A program made the position numbers and the translations under genes. From the IMG/VR virus record IMGVR_UViG_3300025880_000012, positions 12,928 through 76,927 of that record: 64,000 nt of DNA; one strand, 5' to 3'. Below the pieces are notes generated by a model. That model did no database searches. It was not told the origin of the DNA and worked only from the letters and a program-made list of their open reading frames with translations. This DNA is from a virus. This document shows positions 55,701-63,039 of the stretch, piece by piece (within the stretch, counting starts at the first letter, position 1; every line of letters starts with the position of its first letter).

Positions 55701-58571
55701 TAAAGATTCTGTATCGATACCAGATTGAGATAAAACATTTAAGGAGTCAGAAAAGTTTTCCTGTTGAAAAGATTGACCTTCTTTGGTTAAACCTCTTCTA
55801 CGTAGAAAATCAGAAATGCTTTTATCGCTATATAACCTAATACTCTTTGCGATTAAATTAGCTTGTTCAATTTTATTGTATTTAGATTCAATTGGAGTTA
55901 AGCCTTTACCTATTTGATCAACCTTAGCTTGATCGTGGGTCATTTTGTAACCCAGGGCTCCTGTGTATTTTTTATTAATTGCTTTATCGTACTTATCACC
56001 CACAGCTTTAGTGCTAGGAGCTCGCCTACCTTTTTTTCCTTTAGAAAAATTTTCAGTTTCTCCAATTGCACTAACCTTCCTATCTTTTCTGTTTTGTGGA
56101 TTATCATAGCTAGAGAAAAATACATCTCTAGATAAAACATTGACTCCTGATTGCTGTAATGCAAGAAGCTCTTTTTGTTGGGACTTGATATGACCAGCTA
56201 CAGTACTAACTGGAGCTTCTAATTTATGCAAGCCAGTTTTCTTGTTGCCTCTATAATCAGCGACACTAGTTTCTACTTGCATTTTAGCTTTTGGCAATTG
56301 AAGAATGTTGGTGCCAGGTATAATAGTAGCTTCATTGGCAAAGTTGGGAATGTAACCGCCATAATATACTGGAGTTCCATTTAGAGAAACAGAATGGCCT
56401 GATTGATACTTTGATCTTAAGGTTCTTAATTTGTCTAGCTGATCTTGACTGTAACCGTTTACCTTGCTAAGCCGATCTAAATATAAACTTCCACTACCTA
56501 GCTTTTGTTTTAAAAATGTTTCAACAAACCTTCTTTCGTTAGAATTATTAAGTTGAAAGTTTATGCTCTTCCCGGCTTTCTTGTTTTTAAATTTAATACC
56601 TTTATTGGCTGGATCGTTTAATGTGTCATTAATTTTTTGAGATCGAGTCCTGGGATCAATAAAATTCGGAATTAAGCCATCGAATTTATATGGGTCGAAG
56701 CCATGTTTATCTTGAAAAGTTGATTGGTATTGCTTGCCAGCTTGACTTTTTTGTGGAGGCAAAATAGCTTCTTGAGAAAACCCATCGAATTTTTTAACTG
56801 TTTCTGCATCGTTATACACGACATCGCCAACTCCTTTTATTTTAGTTTTCTTAATCTTACCAGGTTTATAACCTGCCTGTTTGGCTCCACCGGACTCAAC
56901 TACAGCTTCCATATTAGAGACCGAGGAATCTTTAGGGATAAGTCCAGAAGATGCAGTTTTGGGTTTACTTTGGGTTAGGCCAGGTGTAACTCCAGACCTT
57001 AATAATCCAGGAGCTAATGAAGCAGCTAATTGAGCTTGCCTTTCTAGGAATTTAGTTTGATCTGCAATTACTCCAAGCATAATTTGCTCTTGTTTAAGTT
57101 TGTCACCAGCATACTTATTTAATTCTAGAGCTAATTGCTTATTGTTACCTAAAGCCATAACAATAGATTCTTGAATTTTCCGTTCTTTGTCTTTAGCTGA
57201 AACTATTCCAAGAATATCTTTAAGAGAACTTTTAGCGAATTTTAAGGCATTAAAAAACAACTTACCAAATATACCGAATGCAACGACTAAACCTGGACCA
57301 GTTAAAACACTTCCTATTCCTCGAACCAAACCTTTAGCGAAATCCGAGCCCAAGGATTCTGAATCTGAGCCAAATAAATCATTTAAAGCTCCACCAGCCG
57401 AATTAATAGCATCCAATATATTTGAAATACCTGGAGCTAAAGCTAGCTCTCCTATGTTGGCAGATAATTCTTGAATGGTGAGTGAGGTTTGTTTCGCTAA
57501 AGAGGATATTGTTTGCTGGAGCTGAGCGTTTTTTTGCTGTGCTTGGTCGGTAGCACTAGCTGATATATTAGTCGCTTGCGCATACAGAGAATTCTCTCTG
57601 TTTAAATCTTTCAAAGCAGCCTTTAAGACATTAATTTGAAAAACACCACCGACTTGCTCTGCAACTGCAGCTTTCGTTGAAGATCCTAAAGTATCATAAG
57701 TTTTAGATAAACTAGTCAAGACTGTTAAAGCTGGTAGAGTGTTGCCTCTAATATCTCGAACGGCCACCCCGAGTTCTTCTAACCTATCCAAAGTACTACT
57801 TCGTTGTATACGAGTAAATATTGTTTTAAAACTATTACCAATAACAGCACCACCACGAGCTGTAATTTGTTGCGCAGAAGTTACTGCTCCTACCAACTGA
57901 TCAAAGCTTACCCCAGCATCTTGAGCTACAGCTCCAGATCGAGCTAGAGCATTAATTAAATCGTCCGCACTAACAGCAAACTTAACGTCTACTGCAGCCA
58001 ATTTATTAATTATAGAGGTAGTAGTTAGGCCAGCATCAGCAAAACCATTGACGGCAGCAGTCAAACCAGAAACTGCAGCCGCTGCATCGATTCCAGTTAG
58101 TCGAGTTAATATCAATGCATCATTGGTTCGACGTAATGTTTCCTCCATGGATAGACCTTGACGAGAGAATTCTAAAGCTGCTTCCGCAGCTATTTCTAAG
58201 CCTTGAGATGTGTTGCGAGCTACATCAAATAAGTCTCGACCAAATTTTTCTAAATTAGGCAAACTCGTACCTAATACAACATTAATGTCTGTTAAAAGTT
58301 TTTCAACTTTAATCGCTTGTATTACAACTTGAGAGAATGCTGTTGCTACACTACCTATAATGGCCGCTGATGCTCCAAATGCAATCACACGAGCGTTAGA
58401 TGCTTCTAAAGATTTAGAAAACTCATCAGCTTTTTGAGTTATTCTACCCAAAGGTTGTGTGTAATCTGATGCGCGAATTTTAACACTCAAGCCTCTACGA
58501 TTAACTCGATTGACGATATCTTGAATAGATTCGTCTAACCCTACTACTCTTCCTTTAATGTTTAATGCCAT
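46755..58571 (-). CDS. Tape measure protein (TP901-like N-terminal core) with internal cassette array
   Basis: EFSRQG, LARSGAVA..AGVSFDQL, GGAVIGNSFKTIF core; long Ala/Leu/Glu/Lys helical tracts; two GG...MLxxGEYVV motifs; located between chaperones and M/L/K/I/J. Confidence 0.9.
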   Translation of the reverse strand: MALNIKGRVVGLDESIQDIVNRVNRRGLSVKIRASDYTQPLGRITQKADEFSKSLEASNARVIAFGASAAIIGSVATAFSQVVIQAIKVEKLLTDINVVLGTSLPNLEKFGRDLFDVARNTSQGLEIAAEAALEFSRQGLSMEETLRRTNDALILTRLTGIDAAAAVSGLTAAVNGFADAGLTTTSIINKLAAVDVKFAVSADDLINALARSGAVAQDAGVSFDQLVGAVTSAQQITARGGAVIGNSFKTIFTRIQRSSTLDRLEELGVAVRDIRGNTLPALTVLTSLSKTYDTLGSSTKAAVAEQVGGVFQINVLKAALKDLNRENSLYAQATNISASATDQAQQKNAQLQQTISSLAKQTSLTIQELSANIGELALAPGISNILDAINSAGGALNDLFGSDSESLGSDFAKGLVRGIGSVLTGPGLVVAFGIFGKLFFNALKFAKSSLKDILGIVSAKDKERKIQESIVMALGNNKQLALELNKYAGDKLKQEQIMLGVIADQTKFLERQAQLAASLAPGLLRSGVTPGLTQSKPKTASSGLIPKDSSVSNMEAVVESGGAKQAGYKPGKIKKTKIKGVGDVVYNDAETVKKFDGFSQEAILPPQKSQAGKQYQSTFQDKHGFDPYKFDGLIPNFIDPRTRSQKINDTLNDPANKGIKFKNKKAGKSINFQLNNSNERRFVETFLKQKLGSGSLYLDRLSKVNGYSQDQLDKLRTLRSKYQSGHSVSLNGTPVYYGGYIPNFANEATIIPGTNILQLPKAKMQVETSVADYRGNKKTGLHKLEAPVSTVAGHIKSQQKELLALQQSGVNVLSRDVFFSSYDNPQNRKDRKVSAIGETENFSKGKKGRRAPSTKAVGDKYDKAINKKYTGALGYKMTHDQAKVDQIGKGLTPIESKYNKIEQANLIAKSIRLYSDKSISDFLRRRGLTKEGQSFQQENFSDSLNVLSQSGIDTESLSLKEQAKLIKQYNLSSGLIPNFVKDYRKIKSSLNNSSTIDDFLKASGLTKLQASHIFLSGSKESNSFIRNLGFDSMKESGKYTIDPSLSSATKFFNQIQKQKTNPKEKQLITPFSKNLDKIALDAGKSEHEKLKQKYKPLTTSYNYKNAYSKLQSKQYKSIDEYAKDVNIPKNYLNESQLFNKNAPLHPGLTYHLNEKEIKNFQKKINELNNLGSGQGKQFIKGNAFEKYIVEEAFNKSYSKDSKPFDLENISSQSSDPKLRKLFDIQGPYTYGDTIWSQNDYGHGPAKILKKIMNQGLFNFSRFKQPKSKARPVAMKGKSASNSTKTYSFNYGTKIADMIGMPDQRRGKKIGKHVVTENKNKLTSDSREGPSAKIKPALGERIPDGSKIAFTYARDYVNVGDQAASILDQIKDGGAEPNIKEKLKELNASGGLIPNFANLNLYRGQSKSRSTIDKPTIGKNMPSFSGVKTPEDVVKIIQNFAKSHVSGPMSGYRDIGESNNVMPSGATSFSTSKTVAKNFAGSITPGQPVTDGQVLSKTVPEKNVFNKKKLLRILSKGADPKKGYYPKVEEFKKAMASGAIQEWAKKNGGVYLNVAGRRNDPSLLKHYKTEYGRKEYDFYDKQMNQIVPQSDIGRNPNGTNQISPREREVMQIFNRGLIPNFAPNVFAKRSFAYRRDGGKDWYTGLGGTGNHMNQFVKWLETNKKLPPQQMQKLKGQFTKDKDSYEKSYRDQYKSVKSGNSSSSSRRGLYGTKATSGRPLPGEQKMNLNITDPNTKLFIKKDKMEALINEWKNSPEVRSDLMFLNRGLIPNFANPLAESIAREKSAGISESMIRVDQDDSLKSRLNPMGLAVTNTRDEPAGVKQGIQRAREMGIDPKTHGASSGLIPNFGDESGPAKIGKIKFKQGVPEDVQNEYIQSKEAINNLTKSANEGSDATTDLTGRLFGLTTITYMLEGAFSDMEGTTGQVVKTFTGIAQGASQAALTFEALSPMASGLSDKLTKWGSSLQGTSGFLGKSKGVMGTFVKSLGGAAKSLPLIGSVVAGVIPIFSALKENTEWFDSGLDTLNKSAKKTAKSIEAVGSAMEATTSVQETQKQITDLTNSGQANTYQGQMKLMSLNSTLIKNQNALQQSAVTLAKELNLSGDELQAMTSGTAQGMEKLQEAMTKLTIRQAVTAAATSMERKDSLGLVSKDFGTLADSRFTGEFGAGGMKYRRKSNEEIFQENFDRKDRINFRSGALNLSNTMNIAGVEKQDALGQMSKFQRMNNGDNGKDLDLMESYANEIADVNQPLSEFVLQLMASGKGAEHIRTTLSLINPIYQKIANEGEKISKENEIQASISKEVNAQKRKLLNAISLQATMANNNLKLLKDEQNYAIQRMNHQAKLTESLGFLSEGTENNEKIAIEQKKIDNEYLNKKKKANDEAVAAQNKLAADLFAGSKKNTGMNFSTLKGDYEKNIYKDSNMQETKDLSKPHFLAGTQTVKASENPEEAFQGNLKKLQKQLTDAGMSELSAKLKGVRSAEEANARSLDYLKNLNDSAEKSKQLSKLQEMNVVSSEGLNSKLESINQSKDEQLRVANKEKSMAENNLGQLRKEFQLNKNGVGAARQRVDRYNELKKFLAIQGGMQQEVNKAMLEEVDAVIINGQISKEVNGFKRSYLQNSDYISKLTESLAVTLDEEYTNELEALAKQRARIAAEEKNTKLQELAAQTIQERIRNERSGFGKKMRDSNTETNTKFEVDPDTGKTFFEGKADLNLTEVTNAGKELAAQFAADKTAGVHLQETLNTMDEEGRSWVKSVNDFQQRLDDNDFATKAKQSTITEYGNVVGKSQAREGMLKKITRDDFSGTSSPDIQNELVGLTGFQVQAKGATEDLITETNNLTDQHKANIQFKKYEAEASRSMTEESINFSKSLIEARARLDSNDFGKKALEKIELDNISTQGESQAISKKREVITDSESPFQGMTGFQAESKVKFDQLINESGNLTEQFKADREAGVHLQESLNSITKESQDLEKTIADIRVKLAEGHFANIGLMQSDLSTSEADQRLQTIQGKSRVIESGANTGLTGWEAENEAVRTNLTADMEELKGKQGVYASQGNTLKTAEIDVEIAKKQKEMNIELGKETLFRDTITERIKENNLALEKFGETMANTTFDAVENGFKDLVKNMGDGTKSMSDSFLQFAGGIASSISNALTERAAKQITSGIFDLMDGFGGKYQGGLIQGYASGGTVGNSNKVPSMLTSGEYVVKKKIVDRLGVSALDNINESGSLDDLFNQPNQESFDVSTEGAGPMPILTPMSDGGLMAKSLLQSNSSQSNSDENSAIPNSIFETDNADYSSPINRLSGSIDKLDSTVLKLNQGSWVSRAWDKTKNALSSKGSDSALTKIAKGGGTLVGQSFANKEDREPEEYSGPEAPKAYQRLNTKSALDIDPTGNMMSARFRKKDDYSKQYGEYLLAKYQYDVDKKNQKVQEKAQMLGNLTTGLAMSFGANMLSKGFNKVTTAYKSDKAADNLNALSKMSNEDLTPVDNAKKTKSIQYLLDKDTYKNYNFSKEGLQSELSSLQQCSGGVCSVVDGNYSGGLISHSSPSSSAYSYYNRGGSVNTTSSSNPYSYFNQGGSVIDSQSNDSRQSLFNQGGSVSSSYSSNNPHSYFNQGGSTSNSRSNSSRQSFFNQGGSVSNNYSSNNPHSYFNQGGSVFNTDSSRSPYSNFNQGGSVSSHSINKYSQFNNGGSVFNSHEDNSKQSRYHNSKNSNANQSFNSYAGNSRNQSVINSMSSYNNQSAFTNLPKSNNPFSAPRDGDRSNNVSSINRNTINSHSNMNLSRPINNVSYQNQNSSFDNKSNYFRDQSHQNKTMYMSKGGKVHGPGGIDKVGPVMLDKGEYVVKASSVQKVEKKYPGFFNKLNTIKMNQGGIVDSPESKKTETVNTQSENQTNSSNVTVNINVSPNGSVSTEGGGPNEQEFASRIKDAVVNVISQEQKIGGVLSGI
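47515..47985 (-). repeat. Eight ~19-aa (F/Y)N(Q/R/N)GGS(V/T) repeats within the TMP
   Basis: Visible in translation; partial nucleotide identity (GAGCCTCCCTGATTAAAATATGAGTGTGGATTATTAGA twice). Confidence 0.9.
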
Positions 58572-58596
58572 GCCTTATAATTCCTCTCGATATAAG

Positions 58597-58601
58597 TACA
58601 C
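58597..58601 (-). promoter_or_regulatory. GTGTA motif 25 nt before the TMP start, with GAGAGGA SD in between
   Basis: Minus strand GTGTA CTTATATC GAGAGGA ATTATAAGGC ATG. Confidence 0.55.
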
Positions 58602-58606
58602 GTTTT

Positions 58607-59608
58607 TTATTTTGTGTAACCACTTAATTCCATTAAATCCTCCATAGAAAGCGAACCCCCCTTCTTCTCAGCAGCTTCATGAAGTGATACTTTAGCTCCA
58701 GAATCAGGAGATTCAATACCAGCATATTCATAATCTTCTTTAGTTGCTCCAACAATCGTGCTACCATCTTTCGCATTATCAAGCTGCTTTTGCATTTTTT
58801 CTTTTGCCTCACTAGAGATACTGCCATAATCTAATAAAGCTTGAGGGTCTTTCTTTATTTTTTCTGGAATATGAGAATTTTGTTCAAATATATTTTTGAA
58901 AATTTTGGTATAAACAATTAACTTGAGTTGATTATATGTTAAATGACATACTGGATTACCAAAAAAGCCAACCGTATCATCACTAAATGGAAAATAAATA
59001 TAATAAAAATCCTGAAGAATCATTTCTTGTATTTTCAACTCTTCGAACATTGCAAAGATTGAATTATAGACCTGAATGAATTGAGTTACTTCATCAGAAT
59101 ATAGATCATTAAAGTCAGACTCATCAGTAAAAACAGGATCTTTTAATTTTTCATCGTTGAAGAAACTTTTTATTATATAGTAGTCATTAGACCTTTTGTC
59201 GGCATAATCTTCAGCATTAACTCCAAGCAAGGATTTCTTTTTGTCAAACAATTGAGATATTTCTTTTTTGATTTTTTTAATCTCTTCATTTTGTTGATCG
59301 ATTTGAGACTTTAGAACTAATTGAGATTTAGCTGTATTTAAAGAAGATAAATAGTTTTCCTTTGAGGTAATTTCACTCTCATCTGATTCCGACCAAATGC
59401 CGTCAGACTTTAAACTCTCAAGCAATTCTTTTTGTTGGGGTATACCTCTATCTATCGCTTGTCGATAATAAGATTCTCGAATATCATCTATATCTACTTG
59501 ATCTAAAGCACTTAGATGTTTGATATAAAATTTTTGCCCGCCAATAAAAGATATTGACTTACCTTTAACTATGTCTCTGAATGTTTTTCTGTATGATGTT
59601 TGATCCAC
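58607..59608 (-). CDS. Putative tail assembly chaperone 2
   Basis: Directly upstream of the TMP; helical; FFG.PV..LTYNQ. Confidence 0.5.
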   Translation of the reverse strand: MDQTSYRKTFRDIVKGKSISFIGGQKFYIKHLSALDQVDIDDIRESYYRQAIDRGIPQQKELLESLKSDGIWSESDESEITSKENYLSSLNTAKSQLVLKSQIDQQNEEIKKIKKEISQLFDKKKSLLGVNAEDYADKRSNDYYIIKSFFNDEKLKDPVFTDESDFNDLYSDEVTQFIQVYNSIFAMFEELKIQEMILQDFYYIYFPFSDDTVGFFGNPVCHLTYNQLKLIVYTKIFKNIFEQNSHIPEKIKKDPQALLDYGSISSEAKEKMQKQLDNAKDGSTIVGATKEDYEYAGIESPDSGAKVSLHEAAEKKGGSLSMEDLMELSGYTK

Positions 59609-59609
59609 A

Positions 59610-60461
59610 TCACAAGCTGCCTTCGTCTATATCTTGCTCGAGCTCTTTAAAGTCAGATTCAGATGCAGCTGCACTAAAATACCAGAAACTAATAAAAGCG
59701 GTAAGTTTATCATAAACAATTGATAGGAGATTATTTTCCTGTTCCTCCATTGTATAGAGTGCGGCTTTCTTCTCTTCAAATGTTGAGCCTGGAAAAAAAC
59801 CTACCAAATCTTTATTTTCTTCCGTGTAAGTTAAATTGAGTAAATACCAGCTAATAACTTTAGTTTGAGCTTTGTTGTCTGCCGTATGATTAAGTAAGGC
59901 GCTAAAATTCGTTTCTGCAACCGCAATAGCTTTTCTTAGTACGGCCATTTTTTCTCCAATAGATTTTCTCTTTTCTTCGTTAGTTTGATTGTTGGCAGAC
60001 TGCATGGTCAATTGAGTGATTTCTGTTTGAAGTTGACCAAGTTCTCCATACATGCTAGAAAGTTTTTCCGCATCAGATTCACTAAGCATTCCACCGGTAT
60101 CAGAATATTTGTTCATTAACATGGCTTTTGTAAGAATGCCGTTCTTGACACAACGACTCATCTCTATACTGTATTCCATGTCAGCCTCTTCCATTTGACG
60201 TCGAGTGGGCTGCTTGATAACAAAAGTATGCTCCTTATTAATTGTTTCAGTACGAGTTTCTTTAACTATCTGCTTTTCCTTGACCTTACGTTTTTCAATG
60301 TCTTTATATTTTTCATCTTCGCCGTTTTCATTTTTTCGAGTTTTTTCAACCTCAATTTCTTTTTCGACTTGGACTTCTTTTTCGACATCTACTTCTTTTT
60401 CTTCTTCAATATCTTCGAAGACTTTAAAACGATATATTTCTTTATTTGATTTTGTATACAT
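59610..60461 (-). CDS. Putative tail assembly chaperone 1
   Basis: Acidic and helical; IKQPTRR motif; two genes upstream of the TMP; AAAGGA SD. Confidence 0.5.
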   Translation of the reverse strand: MYTKSNKEIYRFKVFEDIEEEKEVDVEKEVQVEKEIEVEKTRKNENGEDEKYKDIEKRKVKEKQIVKETRTETINKEHTFVIKQPTRRQMEEADMEYSIEMSRCVKNGILTKAMLMNKYSDTGGMLSESDAEKLSSMYGELGQLQTEITQLTMQSANNQTNEEKRKSIGEKMAVLRKAIAVAETNFSALLNHTADNKAQTKVISWYLLNLTYTEENKDLVGFFPGSTFEEKKAALYTMEEQENNLLSIVYDKLTAFISFWYFSAAASESDFKELEQDIDEGSL

Positions 60462-60492
60462 GACCTTGTTCCTTTAGTTGTTATATATTATA

Positions 60493-60777
60493 TTACTTAA
60501 AATTAAATTTTACAGTAAATTTTTCTAAATCATTTTGAGAGTCCCTAATTGACTCATTGCCCATGTCTAGAATTTTTTTACGAAGATATTGCATCTTATC
60601 TTCGTCGAAATAATTTGCCTGATCCAATAAATCGGAATGTTCGGGCAGATGATTTTTTAATTTATGAAAACAGATCTGGTTTTCAGTGTATAGATCCTCC
60701 ATGAGAACTAAGAAACTTTTAAATAAGCTTTTAGTGCTTCCGTTAAACCTTTCGGATAGAAAATCTTTTGCTTCCAT
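60493..60777 (-). CDS. Hypothetical protein
   Basis: ATG 60777 has an AAAGGT SD; the listed GTG 60804 start is the GTGTA motif itself. Confidence 0.6.
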   Translation of the reverse strand: MEAKDFLSERFNGSTKSLFKSFLVLMEDLYTENQICFHKLKNHLPEHSDLLDQANYFDEDKMQYLRKKILDMGNESIRDSQNDLEKFTVKFNFK

Positions 60778-60799
60778 AAAACCTTTTACCAATAAATAA

Positions 60800-60824
60800 T
60801 ACACATATTATTGGTTTATGTGTA
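60800..60824. promoter_or_regulatory. Back-to-back GTGTA motifs at the divergence point
   Basis: TACAC (60800-04) and GTGTA (60820-24, 9 nt before ATG 60834). Confidence 0.65.
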
Positions 60825-60833
60825 AAAAAAACT

Positions 60834-61292
60834 ATGGGTTCATTAATTAGTGATAGTGATAAAGAGAGATTTCAGGCGGTTTTCGAGAACTTGCATGATA
60901 CATTCGCTCGTGATATTAAGTTTATAAAAGATGCAAAGCGCGTCATTTTAAGTACCGACCCGAATTATAATTATTTATACAATAATGTAAGGGGGAATGT
61001 TGCTTCTGTGAAGTACAAAATTACAGAAAAAATATTTAAAGCCAGAATATTATATATAGGAAGGCAGAATGAAGATATATTTGATGGCGATGCAGGAGCT
61101 CAAATTAAAGTCGATAAACATATAGGAGAAGTGAGAATCAAGGTAGACAAGGAAGGCTATTCGTATTTAAAAGATACAAAAAGATGCGAGTTTGATGGAA
61201 GAAAGTTTTCAATAATCAGTGATGAAATGCCTCACGGACTATTTGAGCCACATTTTTATACGTTTTATTTAAAAGCTGTAGATGAGGGTTGA
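60834..61292 (+). CDS. Putative head-closure (stopper) protein
   Basis: 152 aa; HDTFAR.I, FKARI and EFDGRKF pattern typical of head-tail joining beta-barrels. Confidence 0.5.
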   Translation: MGSLISDSDKERFQAVFENLHDTFARDIKFIKDAKRVILSTDPNYNYLYNNVRGNVASVKYKITEKIFKARILYIGRQNEDIFDGDAGAQIKVDKHIGEVRIKVDKEGYSYLKDTKRCEFDGRKFSIISDEMPHGLFEPHFYTFYLKAVDEG

Positions 61293-61897
61293 TGATGATA
61301 GTCCGAAGAACAACAGCTCGAGGAATAAATAAATTAATAGATTTAAGACGTTCCCCTGAATACATAGATTCAGTAAATAAAATTGTAGAAATTGAATTTG
61401 CAAAAATTAAAAATAAATTAATTTCAGATTTTAAAAGACATCCAGTTACTAGAGAAATAGAAGCAGGAGTTAATGGTAATAATATATCTAAAACTTTAGG
61501 GGGTTATGGTAATTTATTTACTTACATAGGTTTTGAATCTAGCTCAAAGCCAATCAAGCCAATATTAAGAGAATTAAATGATATACGTTTAACTAAAATA
61601 ATTTTTAGTAAAAATGGAAACTTTAATGTATTAGCAATCTATCCAAGTATTAGGCAGATTTTCGATATAACGCCACTGCCTTGGGCAGAAGGTAGGAGTT
61701 GGGCTGAGGGAATCGAAAAAGGTATTTCTGGATTAGGTTCATATTTAAATAAAAGTAATGAAAAGAGTAGATCAGGTAAAGGATTGCAAACTGAAGGTGA
61801 AATTAGAAAGTCTGGTTTTTCCCCCACTCCATATATATCGAGCATGATAAAGTCTTTTGAATTGAATGTTATTCAACTAAACAGAATTAAAATTTAA
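61292..61897 (+). CDS. Putative neck/tail-completion protein
   Basis: Basic; HPVT, GNLF, IEKG and PTPYI motifs; TGATG coupling; canonical position. Confidence 0.45.
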   Translation: MMIVRRTTARGINKLIDLRRSPEYIDSVNKIVEIEFAKIKNKLISDFKRHPVTREIEAGVNGNNISKTLGGYGNLFTYIGFESSSKPIKPILRELNDIRLTKIIFSKNGNFNVLAIYPSIRQIFDITPLPWAEGRSWAEGIEKGISGLGSYLNKSNEKSRSGKGLQTEGEIRKSGFSPTPYISSMIKSFELNVIQLNRIKI

Positions 61898-62994
61898 TGA
61901 AACCGCAGTTCCAGCACCAAGTAATTACAAGTTTTTCCCTATGGATAGACCACACAATATTAACCAGGGGGGAAGCATATCAAAATATCGATGCCACATT
62001 TTATTATCAAGACGATAGTCGACTAGACCCAGAGTTTATAGCTTTTGCATCGCCACACAAACAATGGGTAACTGATTCATCAGTAGGTGGAGCAGAAGTG
62101 ATACAAGGTATAACTTTGGATGGTAGATATATTGAAAAAAATCAACAAGGAATAAGGTATGACTATAATAATGGCAGGGTAGTTATACCTAGATTAATAG
62201 CAAATGAATCATCTAATGTTGAGGGTATTTATTCTGTTAAAGATTTTAATATATATATTACCGATCAAACAGAAGAAGAATTATTGATTGAAACTAAATT
62301 TGATACTAATAGTAGATTTGATCAAGAGATAAGCGGTGGAGTAAAGCCTTACGATCAAGTAGTTCCAGCTATATTTATATCATATGAGCAAGGATACAAT
62401 TCTCCGTTTGCATTTGGTGGTCAAGATATTACTCACTCAAGTATTAGATGTGTAGTGTTTGCTGAAAGCTCATATCAACTAGATGGGGTATTTTCTATAT
62501 TGAAAGATTTAAATAATATTGCAATATCTAATGTTGGATTCAATGAACATCCATTAAATGAATTTGGGGACTTGAAGTATGGAATATACGATTACAAGGA
62601 CTTGAGTGAAAGGTATTACAATGTAAAAAATAGCGATAGTGTTTTTCATATAGAGAATGTTAATGTTTCTAAATTGAACGATAAAATTGCAAAGAAAAGC
62701 CACCCAGGACTTTATATAGGATTTATTGATTTTCAAGTTAATGCTTATAGGTTTCCGAGAGCTGAGTTGGTTGAGCCGATTGCTACTAGACCTCCAAATG
62801 TACTGCAGGCACCTGTATCTCCATTCGAATTAGCGTTAGGACCTCAATTGCCAATGAGTCCAGTAGAATTGACATTAAATGAAGAACCTTTAGCTCCAGA
62901 AAAATTGCAATTTAACGATATACCGTTAAACCCAAAAGGCTTGACATTGAACGATACGTCTCTTGCTCCGGAAAATTTAACTTTAGTAGAATAA
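61897..62994 (+). CDS. Putative tail-terminator/neck protein with five C-terminal PxxPxxLxL repeats
   Basis: PAIFI...FAFGG...IRCVVFA terminator-like pattern; repeats at 62812-62991. Confidence 0.5.
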   Translation: MKPQFQHQVITSFSLWIDHTILTRGEAYQNIDATFYYQDDSRLDPEFIAFASPHKQWVTDSSVGGAEVIQGITLDGRYIEKNQQGIRYDYNNGRVVIPRLIANESSNVEGIYSVKDFNIYITDQTEEELLIETKFDTNSRFDQEISGGVKPYDQVVPAIFISYEQGYNSPFAFGGQDITHSSIRCVVFAESSYQLDGVFSILKDLNNIAISNVGFNEHPLNEFGDLKYGIYDYKDLSERYYNVKNSDSVFHIENVNVSKLNDKIAKKSHPGLYIGFIDFQVNAYRFPRAELVEPIATRPPNVLQAPVSPFELALGPQLPMSPVELTLNEEPLAPEKLQFNDIPLNPKGLTLNDTSLAPENLTLVE

Positions 62995-63020
62995 AAAAAA
63001 AATATTATTATTATAAAAAG

Positions 63021-63025
63021 GTGTA
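63021..63025 (+). promoter_or_regulatory. GTGTA motif 14 nt before ATG 63040
   Basis: GTGTA ATATATAAAATATC ATG. Confidence 0.55.
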
Positions 63026-63039
63026 ATATATAAAATATC

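Noticed and set aside
59606-59800. Lambda G/GT-type -1 frameshift joining the two chaperone genes (T7 run near 59773-59779)
   Set aside because: The downstream gene is in the +1 frame and has an in-frame TAG only ~6 codons upstream of its start.
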